A model generated the notes under the pieces. The model was not told the DNA's origin, searched no databases, and saw only the letters and a list, made by a program, of their open reading frames with translations. Both the position numbers and the translations under genes were made by a program. A stretch of 64,000 bases of DNA from Selaginella moellendorffii (taxonomy: Eukaryota > Plantae > Lycopodiophyta). Location: NCBI RefSeq assembly GCF_000143415.4, contig NW_003314288.1:1488056-1552055 (forward strand). Direction: 5' to 3'. This document shows, one piece after another, positions 10,465 through 22,480 of the stretch. How positions within the stretch are numbered: the first letter of the stretch is position 1; every line of letters begins with the position of its first letter.

Positions 10465-13400
10465 GGTCCGTGCCCAACATTGGGATGCTGGATACTTTAG
10501 GACTGTTCCAAGTCGCTCCATGCTCCTGTCCCTTCGCTCCTTGGGCTATATGCTCGTGGTTCGGTTCCGTCACTCTTTGTCTCTATGCTTGGGAGTTTAG
10601 CACCGTTCTTTCATTTAGTGGCATAAAGCTCTGAAACTCAGGTTCCACACCACTATCCTTTGGACACATGGCATATGACACGTGGCATCTATCATGTGGC
10701 ACAAAGAGGGTTTAGGTTCTGCTTCGTGGTTATCCTATGGTAAATCACAAGAGGATAAAAAGTCAAAACCACATGCGCTACATTTGGTATCAGAGGATGA
10801 GTCTCGGTGAATACTATGCAATGAGATTGGGCAACCAATCTCGTTGCATACGCAGAGATGAAAATGATGATCCAAGTCGGTATATGTTTGGGTGCTAAGA
10901 CTTTGCATTAATTCCTTCGGTATGGTTTTGGTTACCTTTTTGTACCATAATAATGTGAGCTTGCTCTTAGGCTCATAAGATGGACTTAGAGGCTCCATTT
11001 GCACAAGTTTGCGCTTGGGCTGGTGAGTGAGTCACATTAGCAACTCAAAGTTATACTTTGAGTTGGTAGGATTAATGTTAGCTTATCAGTAGTTCCATAA
11101 GTTGTTTCATGTACCGTGTGTGAAAGTAAACCTCCCTGGGTTTGCTATGAGTGGCAAATAGGCTGGTCCATAGCTATTTAGCACGGCATTAGTGGATCCT
11201 TCCTAGGCATGATTACAAGTGGATCAATCAAGACTGTAGAGATTAGTCTATTAGTTCAAATAGTCACTGCCATGCTCTCTCATAAACTTTTCTTGGATTA
11301 GACTGAAAGCAATGCGAATACAAGCTTGAGGTTTAGTCAAAAGATGAGACTGAAAATAGAGTAATCAGGGACGAAGGATCAAACATGTAAATCATTTTCT
11401 CTTCTCGGAGAGATGATTCGCAACAAGGTGCTAACTCATTCCTCGTGTTCACATCATGCAATTAAGAGTCCCTACATTGATGCATGTTTGAAATGATGGT
11501 CTTACAAATGGTGAGCTATGGGATAGATAGTAGTGAAGTGCTAAACCATCTTGTCTAGACTTGCTATTGAAGACTTGAGTTACAATGCTTAATTTTTTTC
11601 TAAGGAACTTTGCTATTGCTCCATGAGTAGCTTGGTGTTGGATTAATGTTGAGTTTGGTCGGAAAGAGAGTGACATGAGCTAGTTCATGTTGTGAACAAA
11701 ATTTAATGGTCTTCGGTGTTGTAAATCTTTATCGGTAGGGTGTAGTATTTATGTTGCATTTTATCGAATTGAGTTGGCACTTGATACTCACATAAACCTT
11801 TGTAGTAATGACAGGGCGTTGTTCGTGGTGTTGCTCAATTGATGATCAAGTCATTGTGATTACTATATCATATCCATGTAATAATGAGCAATGCGTTTAC
11901 GAAGTTGCTTGGTTAAACGATGATCAACCCCAAAGTGGTTGATAGTGAAGTTAGTCTACTTGCATGTAGTAGCATTGTAATAGCTTTGATGGGATTCTCA
12001 ATGGTGATCTATGATATGCTAAGCTTAGGTTGGTACCTTGCTTTCTTGAGGGTTTGCCCATTAGGTGTTGAAAAGGGTTGTAACATTTATTTGCTATAAC
12101 TTGTCAAATGATTCGTTAGCACTTGGAGTAAATTATTGGATAGAGAAAATGTGTAGTTGAAGCATTAACATCGCGAGCACTTGTGTTAATAGAAGTGGCA
12201 TTGTTGATTCAAGTGATGAGAAGTTTTTCCTTAGAGCTTGATTTTTCATATCATTTTTCTTGTTAGTGTTTGGGCTTCACATTAAATTTTGAAGGTGATT
12301 GAAAAAGAGTGTTAGTGAAATATGAATATCCAAAGATGTGATTTTCGTGATCAAGCTTTAGATGTTCATTTTACATTTTATGGATGTCGGTTATATGGGC
12401 AAAGATGTTCAATGCTTAAGCATATTGTTGGATCATCAGAATTTATGTTGAGGTGAACCTATGTGAAATTGTTAGTAAGAGGAAGTTAGTTGAGTCTTGA
12501 AAGTTTGCATTCCTAGACTGAGAGTTATTCTTTCTCTAAGATGGAAAATTTTTCCATAAATTTTCTTAGACTTTTCCAATGGCTGATTTATTGATCACTT
12601 TGCCCGAAAACCATTTTGTTTTCATAAGCCAGCACAAACTAGTGAAGGGGTTAGAGTTGACTTTGGCTAAATTAAACCTTAGTAAATAGTTTGTATAATG
12701 CAGCCTAAAAGAGATGTTAACTTTTGAGGCTAAGGCAATTGAGTTGGATAGGGTCTGGAGTTGATGTAGAAAAGTGGCTGTTACGCTTTTCTAAAAAGGT
12801 GACCCTTGTGCCTTTCTTCTGCAATATTGTGCTTAGTGGCAGGTTGCATCTTGCATTTCATTAGACTCTATGAGAGTAGTGAGCTCTCATTGATCTTGAC
12901 TTAGTCTGGGTGGCCTTGCACCTTGGCTGAGGATAGTGATGTCCAACTTAATTGGTTGAGGTTAAAATGTTGGTACCCGTACTATAGCTTTATCTATAAG
13001 GAGGTTGTGTACTGATATGAGTTCATCTCATGGTCTTCACTTTAGTTTCGACTAAGTGTTGGTCATGCATAGTTAGCCTTTTCAAGATATGCTCAAAGCT
13101 ATTGGCTAGATGTATTAGTGAGCTTATTATAGTTGAGTTGAATTCGAGTGGTCATTTAGTTTATGCTTGTCCATGAATTTTTTTCTCGTATCTGGGGTAT
13201 TACATTCATGTTGGCCAAGTATATAACTCGATGGCATGAGTTTAGTGTTTGGTTCTTGTGAAAGCAAGTTGAAAAGTGATTGTTAGTTTCTTATGATTAA
13301 TGATTGCTTATTGACTTTGTCGAGGATTGTTAATACTTGTTTCACTTGATAAAGATTTATTAGTGATGGGTTTGCTTTACCGAATGGTGTTACGGAGGAT

Positions 13401-16400
13401 CGTGTCATGGACTTGCATAGGTTTTCCATATTGGCATATCAATTCCTTTGTCAATGTCATTTGGTTACGTTTAGTCCGTGGTGTTGGATTTCATGGAGTT
13501 TTGGATGTGGTGAATCACTCCTTGATGATGTGTTATCTGTAACTAAGTATTGTTGGAGGATTGATCTTAGATACTGATTAAGGTATTTTTGACTTTGGTT
13601 AGCTTGGTTGCTAAAGAACTTTGAGTGGTGATTCACTCTTGCTTTCTTCTAGCCCTATTATGATGTTGATAGCATTGAAGTGATGTCTTGTTATTCACAT
13701 TGTTGATGTTGATATTCGAGTGAAATGAGATGTCTCTCTATAAGATTGATATTGAATTTCATTAGTTTCGATGAAGATAGTATTGATGATTTGGCTATAG
13801 CTTTGTATTATTGACATTCATGCATTTGTTAGTTAGCAACTATGTCGGTGTTCAAACGAGTTGAGTGGCAAGTTTGAGTTAATTATGTTCTAGATGAGAT
13901 TATTTAGTAAGGGTTGAGCTTTGGCTTTTCCTTGAAAAGTGATTCAGTCATAGACTATGTTAACATTACAAGTGAAAGAGTTAATAATTGATATTAAAGT
14001 GATTGAATCCTTGTTAGATTTTAGTTGAAATATATCAATCATTGATAATTTCTCTTGGACTTGTTATAAAGTCAGTTACGTCTTGCTATAAATGGATTCA
14101 TGAAGAATCATTTGATGATCACTTGTTGAGCATAGCTTTGTTATGCTTAGCTTTTGGATTGAGGAAGAAATGCTTCTCATTAGTTTTGCATTATGAAGTT
14201 TAGCTTATGGATATGTTAAGGGGGGTTATACCATAATTTTTTCTTTAGCATTGAAGTTAGTTCATGCAAGACTTGTGATCATTATTAAGCAAGACTTGGC
14301 TTTAGACTTTTTTGAACTTTTGGTTTTTTAAGTTTTTTATGCTCATTGTCTCATTTGTTAGAAGTTGTTGGGGAAGGCATTTTGGTTTGTTAGCTTTGAT
14401 ATTAAAGTTGGCTTTTACATCTAGTAATCATTAGTGATGATTGACTATCGTCTAGAATGATTGATTATCCTTGTCAAAGGTTTTGCTTGATTATTGTTGA
14501 TCTAGAATGATTTGTCATTCTTTAGGATAGTGAATTCTTTTTTCATCGATGATTATGCATTTTTTCATTGATGGGATGATTGATGATCTTTCATGATAGT
14601 TAGTTGTTTTTTTTTTTAACTTATGGCTTTTCACAATACCACATGTTCTTTATAGTTTGTTTTGGATTGGTCTCTTAGGTTGAGACATCAGTAGGATGTT
14701 GCTAATGCTTGCTTGGTCAACTCTAGTTCCTTTTGGTATTATTGACTTAGATCTATTCAGATTACTTAGTGTAATGGTTGACATAAATAAGTGTTTGTTT
14801 ACTTTGCAATATTCATTTTATTCTGTTGATTATTCCTCGAGTTAATTCTGATAGATTTGGATATTATATCCTTTGGGTGGTATATTCGCAAGTATTTTAC
14901 TTATTAGTCAATGATACTTTGTGTATTTTGAGTTGTCTTTCATAAGTTGTTTAGCATACTATATACAATCTTTGGTAGTTAAGCTTTATCATTGAGTTTT
15001 CTCAATGATATATTTGCTATTGAATTTTGTTTGATGGTGAATTCTATATTTTCCAATGATAGTGATGTTGGTGGTTCCTATACTCAAATACTAGTTTATC
15101 AGATGAAAACTTACTTGGAATACTTTTGTGTTGTAAGTTTGGGCCAGAATAGGCAGACTGGCTTCGACACTTCATATGCATGGTGAAATCTTTAGTCATA
15201 GGGTAGCTATTGTCAACTGGTCACATAACCCACCTCTTTGTCAATGTTCCTTATTCTGTTAAAAGGGCATGACAGTGTAAACAACTCTAAGTACTTGTTT
15301 ATAGTAGTCTATCTAAACCTTACTGACATGTTTGGTTTTTTTGCTCAAAGATCAATAGATAGACAATATCAAAAGTCATAAACAATGATATTTTTAGAGA
15401 CTTAATTATCAATGAATAACTCTTAGATCAAGAGGGTTGGGGCCTTTGGCTTCTCTCTCTATGTCCCTACGAGCAGAGGCATATCACACTTTTGTAAGCT
15501 GGGTGACTCCCAAAGCAACAAGGGTGGCTGACTCTGTTGGTCATTTCTTTATCGGTGACGGCCGGAAGATGTCTAAGCTGGTATAGCATCTGCGTTAAAT
15601 ATAGAGATTGCCTCCTAACTCATTTAAGTTGGTGCATTTCTCACAGTGTGAATACCGTGAACTTTTTCTAGAGTTATTTCCTTGGTGGTATTCTGGACTC
15701 AAGTATGTATTGACAAGGACATTAATTTTCTCTAGGGAGGGAGAGTGTCGCGAATATGACTTCGGGTATCGAAAGTTACCTGTTGGCCAGTCCTTACGGA
15801 CACTCTTTCTTTACTACCACAACGGCAGGAGGTCGGTAATTCTAGACCCTTTATCAATCCCTTTTGTGCTAGTGGAGTTAATTGGGCATTTCGAGTGTAC
15901 TTAGACTGGACGAGCATAAGGACAGAATTCCTGCGTGTTATTAGCTAAGTATACTTAGCCCGGTAAGGACTTCCTATTTTGTTGTGTCTTGCATTGAGAT
16001 TAATCCCTCAATATTGTTAGATGATAGCTTACCGTGTCTGCCAATCACCCTCGCTATCATGCCCTTTGTGTTAGTCTTATTTCAGTCCCAAATGCTATTT
16101 ATGGAAAGTGTCTAGATTCACTCATTTGGCACATTTACGGAATGTAGAGATTGTCCTGAACACAATGGTGTTCATCCCATATCCAAATTCGCAATCTAGA
16201 GATATTCCATATTTAGTAAGTTTCAAGTTTGTCTCATGGACTAACTCCTGGTACTAAGGAAGGCTTGGGGTGAAAGCCCAAAGCATGTGTTCCTCAAGGG
16301 AGGGGGGGCGGGGGGGGGAAGGCTATAGGGGTTCCAAATGTATAGTAGGGATAATGGGTAGGTTGGCCATGGCCGACCAATCTAAGGCATAGTCTAGCTC

Positions 16401-16850
16401 TTGCTTGTGTGCATGTCCTTGTTTTACGTCTGGCTTGGGTCTAACCCCAAGCTCTATACCATGCTAGCTGGTGGAGTACTCATATCCTCGCGTTAGGCCA
16501 CCAGTATGCTGAAATAGCGCTAAACTCTATTTGGCTCCGTTTTGCATGCTGGGGGATGCTAGATACTCTAGGATTGTTCCAAGTCACTCTATGCTCCTAT
16601 CCCTTCACTCCTTAGGCTGTATGCTCGGGAGTTGCTCTGTGGTTCAGTTCCATCACTCTTTGGCTCCATGCTTGGGAGTTTGCACCGTTCCTTTGTTCAG
16701 TGGCCCAAGGCTTTGAAACTCAGGTTCCACACCACTGTCCTTTGGACACATGGCATCTGTCACGTGGCACAAAGAGGGTTTATGTTCCGCTTCATGGTTA
16801 TCCTATGGTAAATCACCAAAGTATAAAGGGTCAAAACCACATACACTATA
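10465..16850 (+). mobile_element. Non-autonomous (LARD-like) LTR retroelement: truncated 5' LTR, PBS, about 5-kb non-coding interior, PPT, 3' LTR
   Basis: 5' LTR remnant ends ..GCGCTACA at 10782. tRNA-iMet PBS TGGTATCAGAG at 10785-10795. PPT AGGGAGGGAGAG at 15734-15745. 3' LTR starts TGTCGCG at 15746 and runs to 16850, matching the 5' remnant. No gag/pol ORF. Confidence 0.85.
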
Positions 16851-17066
16851 TTGTCTCCCTTTTTCACTCTTTTATTTTATTCCTAACAAGCATGTTATAC
16901 TAGCATCAGTAAATTTGTTTGGATGGGGATTCCATATTGTTAGTGGTTGTTGTACTTGATGTTTAATATCCATAAAGTGTGGAGCAAGATTTACCTTCTT
17001 TTAATGAAGTTCATAATGTTTAAAATGTGAGTTATGGATTCAAAAGTTTTATGATAGCTTTGAAAA

Positions 17067-18209
17067 TGTCGCGAATGTGACTTCGGGTATCAAAAGTTAC
17101 CTGTCGGCTAGTCCTTATGGACACTCTTACCTTACTGCCACGATGGCAGGAGGTCAGTATTGCTGGACCCTTTATTAGTCCCTCTTGTTCAAGTGTTAGT
17201 AAACTGGACTTTGCATCTGTACTTGGCCAGATGAGCATAAGCTAAGTGTCTATTTAGCTGAGCATACTCGGCCCGGCTTGTTAGTTCTCTTTTGCTCTGT
17301 CTTGCACTGGCTTGACAAGAACCCTCGTATATTGAGATTGGTCCCTCAATATCGCTACATGATAGCTTACCGTGTCTGCCAAACACCCTCGCTATCATGC
17401 CCTTTGTGTTAGTCTCAAATTGTCCCAGATGCTATTTATGGAAAGTGTCCAGATTTGCTCATTTGGCATATCTACGGAATGTAGAGATCGTCCTGAACAC
17501 AATGGTGTTCATCCCGTGTCTAAATTCGCAATCTAGGGACATTCCATATTTAGTAAGTTTTGAGCTTGTCCCAGAGACTAACTCCTGATACTAAGGGAGG
17601 CTTGGGGTGAAAGCCCAAAGCGTGTGTTCCTCAAAGGAGGGGGGGGGGGGGGGCTATGGGGGGTTCTAAATGTATAGTAGGGATAGTGGGTAGGTCGAGT
17701 ATGGCCGACCAACCTGAGGCATAGTCTAGCTCCCGCTTGCGTGCCTGTCCTTGTTCTGCGTCTGGCTTGGGTCTAAGCCCAAGTTCCATTCCATGCTAGC
17801 TGGTGGAGTACCCATGTCCTCGCGTTAGGCCACCGGTATGCCGAAATAGCGCCATACTCCGTTTGGCTCCGTTTTGCGTGCTGGTCCTAGCATTGGGATG
17901 CTGGTTGCTCTAGGACTGTTCCAAGTCGCTCCGGGCCCCTGTCCCTTCGCTCCTTGGGCTATATGCTCGAGAGTTGCTCCCTGGTCCGGTTCCATCACTC
18001 CTTGGCTCACGCTTGGGAGTTTGGCACCGTTTGTTCGTTTAGTGGCCCAAGGCCCTAAACCTCAGGTTCCTATAGACACGTGGCATGGACACGTGGCATG
18101 TGACACGTGGCATCTGTCACGTGGCATAAAGAGGGTTTAGGTTCCGCTTCGTGGTGTTATCCTATGGTAAATCACCATAGGATAAAGGGTCAAAACCACG
18201 TGCGCTACA
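17067..18209 (+). mobile_element. Solo LTR of the same family with 5-bp target-site duplication
   Basis: TG...CA termini, GAAAA at 17062-17066 and 18210-18214, colinear with 15746-16850. Confidence 0.92.
18075..18126. promoter_or_regulatory. Four tandem ABRE/G-box motifs (CACGTGGCA) in the solo LTR
   Basis: GACACGTGGCATG GACACGTGGCATGT GACACGTGGCATCTGT CACGTGGCA. Confidence 0.6.
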
Positions 18210-18391
18210 GAAAATCTTACATCATTTACTAATGACTTGCTATTTTAACATTTATATTCTCAATATTGCCTTGATTGCAACCTTCTTTATTTTATGGGGA
18301 CTAAGGCTGATGATCATTTATGGTTGGTAGTGCCTTTAGTCTTTCTTCCATATTTTCTCTATACCTACTATAACTCTCTTATCCTAGGCTA

Positions 18392-18700
18392 TGTCACAAA
18401 TCTAACTTTGAGTATCAAAAGTTAACTATAGACTAGTCCTTTCAAATATTCTTTCTTTATTACCGTGACGCTAGGAGGTCAGTATTGCTAGACCCATTAT
18501 TAGTTCCCACTTGAGGTAGTTGAGAAACTGGTCAATAACCGTGTACTTAAATCAAATAAACATAAAGTAGGAACTTCTATGTATTTCTTGTTGAGTAGAC
18601 TCAGTTTGGTTTAAGAAACTTTTGTCATTGGCTTGCACTTACTAGTATCAAGAACCCATATGATATTGAGATTCGTCCCTCAATATTGCTAGATGATAGC
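18392..18700 (+). mobile_element. Degenerate 5' fragment of another LTR copy
   Basis: TGTCACAAATCTAACTTTGAGTATCAAAAGTTA.. aligns with the LTR start TGTCGCGAATGTGACTTCGGGTATCAAAAGTTA. Homology ends near CTCAATATTGCTAGATGATAGC. Confidence 0.75.
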
Positions 18701-18719
18701 ATATTGGCAAATCGATCCT

Positions 18720-20635
18720 CCATGAATCCATCTTTTTATAGTAAGATGTAATGACAAACACAAGAAAAATCATTAATGATTAATATGTCCCAACTCAAAT
18801 TCAACAAGGATTCAATCATTTCAATATCGATCACTAACTCTTCCTCTCGTAAAGTTAGCATAGTTAATAATTAAATCATTTTTTAAGGAAAAGCTAAAGC
18901 TCAACCCCTTAAATAACCTTGTCTAGAATATAACTAATTTAACTTACTACTCAACTTATTTGAACGCTAATATAGTTGCTAACTAGTAAAATGCATGAAT
19001 ATTAATAACACAAAGTTACAGCCTAAACATCATCATTATTTGCAAAGAGATTAATGAAACTCAATATTAATCCTATGGAGAGACATCTCATTTCATTCGA
19101 ATCCCAACATCAACAATGTCAACAACATGGCATTATTTCAATTCTATCAACACCAAAACAAAGTTAGAAGAAAGTAAGAGTGAATCATCACTCAAAACTC
19201 TTTAGCAACCAAGCTAGCCAAAGTTGAAAATACCACCATGTCCAATCCAACACTACAAATTAAAAGTAACTAAATGATATTGATAAAGGTGGAATCAATA
19301 TGCTAACATAAAAAAACTATACAAAATTATGACATGATCCTCCATAACACCATCCAGTAAAGCAAGTCTATCACTGCTAAATCATCATCGAACGAAACAA
19401 GTGTCACAGTCCTTGATGAAGTTTATAAACAATCATTAGTCGCAAAGCAACCAACAATCACTTTTCAACTTGCATTCACAAGACCCAAACATTAAACTCA
19501 TGTCATTGAGTTATATACTTGTTCAACAAAAATATAATACCCCATGTATGAGATAAAGGTTTATGGACAAGCACGAACTAAATGACCACTTGAATCCAAC
19601 ACAACCGCAATAAACTCACCAACACATCTAACTAATAGCTCTAAGCATGCCTTAAAGAGGCTAGCTATGTATAATTAATATTTAGTCGAAATTAAAGTAA
19701 AGATCATGAAATGGACTTATGTTCATATACAACTTCCTCATAAACAAAACTATAGTATAGGTACTAACATCTCAACCCTAAATAACTAAGCTAGACATCA
19801 CCATCCTTAGCCAAGGCACAATGCCACTAAGATTAAATCAAAATCAATGAGATTTATGAAATCTAATGAAATTTAATGAAATGCAATGTGCAACTTGCTA
19901 CCAAACATAACACTACATAAAAAAAGCACAAAGGTCACCTTTTTAGAAAAGTGTAATAGCTACTTTTTTACACCAATTCCAAACTCTATTCAACTCAATT
20001 GCCTTAGCCCTAAAAGTTAGCATCCCTTTTGGGTTGTATCATACAAATTACATACTAAGGTTTAAGTTAACTGAAGTCAATTCCAACCCTTTTACTAGTT
20101 TATACTAATTTACTAGAATGCAATAGTTTTTTAGCAAAATAATCAACAAATCAACCATTGGAAAAGCTTAAGAAAATTTGTGGAAAATTTTTCATCCTAG
20201 AGAAAGAATGACTCTTTGTCTAAGAATACAAATTTTTAAGACTCAACCAACTTCCTCTTACCTACAACTTCATATAAGTTCATCTCAACACAAATTCTTA
20301 TGATCCAATAGCATACTTAGCATTGAACATCATGCCCATATTTCCAAATTTAAATCCATCATCAATACCAGTAAAATGCAAAATAAACATCTAATGCTTG
20401 ATTACAAGACCATATCTTCAAATATCTACATTGCACTAACACTCTTTTTCAACCACCTTCAAGATCTAATGTGAAGCCAAAACACTAGCAAAAAAAATAA
20501 TATGAAAAATCAAGATTTAAGGAAAATTCTTCATCACTCGAAATAACAATGCCATTTTCACTAACACAAGTACTAGCGATATCAATGCCTCAACTACACA
20601 CCTTCTCCATCCAACAATTTACTCCAAGTGCTAAA
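18720..20635 (-). mobile_element. Inverted, diverged copy of the LTR-element internal region (about 12115-14100)
   Basis: The reverse complement of 18760-18815 matches 14001-14057, and that of 20545-20633 matches about 12115-12206. Confidence 0.85.
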
Positions 20636-22480
20636 ACAGATCAACTAATAAGTTAATTATCAAAAAAATATATATATAATTCAAAAAACAGTTCATAAAA
20701 GTTTAAATATAAAAAGAATATACTCATGAATAAAAGAGCACCTCTATTTTCAATTAATTAAGAGTTTTGTTAAGTGTCTTTGAATTTGAATAGTACTAGG
20801 CTAGATGACCTCTAAGAAAGTTTAAATTCATAAAAAAAAAAATGTATGTTATATCTGAAATTATATGACTTCCTAAAAATAAATTCCTAACAAATAAATA
20901 AATTCTCAGCCAACTCTTAATAAATTCCTATTGTCTTTCCTCTAAGCACAGTATATAGTAGGAAATTTTGGTTCATTTTTGCAAATAATAACAACTATAT
21001 TGAAATCTCAAATAATTAAAAAAACAATAGAATTCCATAAATTTCATATATTGCTCTACAATGAGCATAAAATGCTATAGGCATTCCAACTTTAAATCCC
21101 ACAAACTTTAAAATAATTTTAGAATATTCTTATGGTTTGTGTCATTTTACATAGTTATCTCTAAGCTCCCCACCCTTTGCAACAATGCAAAAATGTTTTT
21201 ATTAATTTAAATTAAAAGGGAGCTATGGTGTTTTTGTTGCTAAATTATGCCTATATAATATAACAAGCAAGTCAATGAATTTAAAAAATTCTAATCTTAT
21301 AGTCACAAAATTTCAAAGATGATGAATGGTTATGGATGGTCATCTAAGAGGCCATTTACATGGCTAGGTCCTAATGAACACTAGATTCTGGAGAATATCC
21401 TTTAAGAATATTTGATTTCATGTGTAGAATATGCATCTTCACTTGGAGAATATTCATGGGGAATATATGTTTTCACACCAAAAATATTCAATTTCAAGGA
21501 TAAAATATTCTTCCAGAAAATGTTTTTCATACAAAAAATGTTTTAATGCTTAAAACTATATTTAGCCTTCCATGAAAAACTCTACAAGATCTTGCTTGCG
21601 AGTGGGATAGAAGGAGCTCCATGTAAGAAGGATCACTCTGGCGCCACTCTTACTTTACAGAAGTGTTCTGTGGGGGGAACACTGCTGCTCGGCATCATAG
21701 TTTGTCCGTTCTCGTGTTTTCATGCAGAGGATGTCAGATGTCCCTAATGCTACATGTTACTTTGCATCAAAAACCAATAACAAAAATCTGATATCATACG
21801 AGATCCGGCTCGTGATAAAATTGAAAGCCAGAGCCTTGTCCTTGCTCATGTGTGGAAACTTAACGCGAATTCGTCGTCCACATCAAAGTGAGTCGAGAGA
21901 TTCAGGAGAAGTATTTTATCAAAACCGGGAGATAATCTATAAGAGCTTACGTCTCCCATGGATGGTTATTGCAGACTGCATGCAAAGCCGTGCCGCAAGA
22001 AAATCAGCAAAAGATAGTTCAGATGCAAATCCACATCCTTTTAAGCCAAGAGCTCAAAGCGAGGAACAAGAAGTACTCTTCCATGTCCACTTACACTCGC
22101 TACTTCATGCCTAGGCAGTAAAAACACACAGAATTAGAGATTGTTTCACAGCCAGCAATTTTCCTCACCAGAGAACACATCCAACCTGTAGATCGGGAGA
22201 AAGGCTGTCGAAAATAGCAATGCGCACTTTGTGGATCTCAGACGACAATTTATCGAGAGAACCAACGTTAAGAAAACAAACAAAAACCATCACACCACCT
22301 CCCAGTTGTTCAAAGACAAAAGAAAACTCGAGAGATCTCAAGGACATGCTTCAAGAGTTTAGCAGCGACGATGGTCCAGAAAACCTCGTCAAAGCTTAAG
22401 TCAGTGGCTCTGGCTTCCACTCTTCCACAGGAAGCTTGCTCAAGGATGCATCCTGGACGTAATCAAGGTTCCAAACTTGT

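Noticed and set aside
21385-21530. Repeated GAATATTC-like motifs (heat-shock-element-like)
   Set aside because: Irregular spacing in AT-rich DNA about 1 kb from the nearest gene, and not distinguishable from a decayed repeat.
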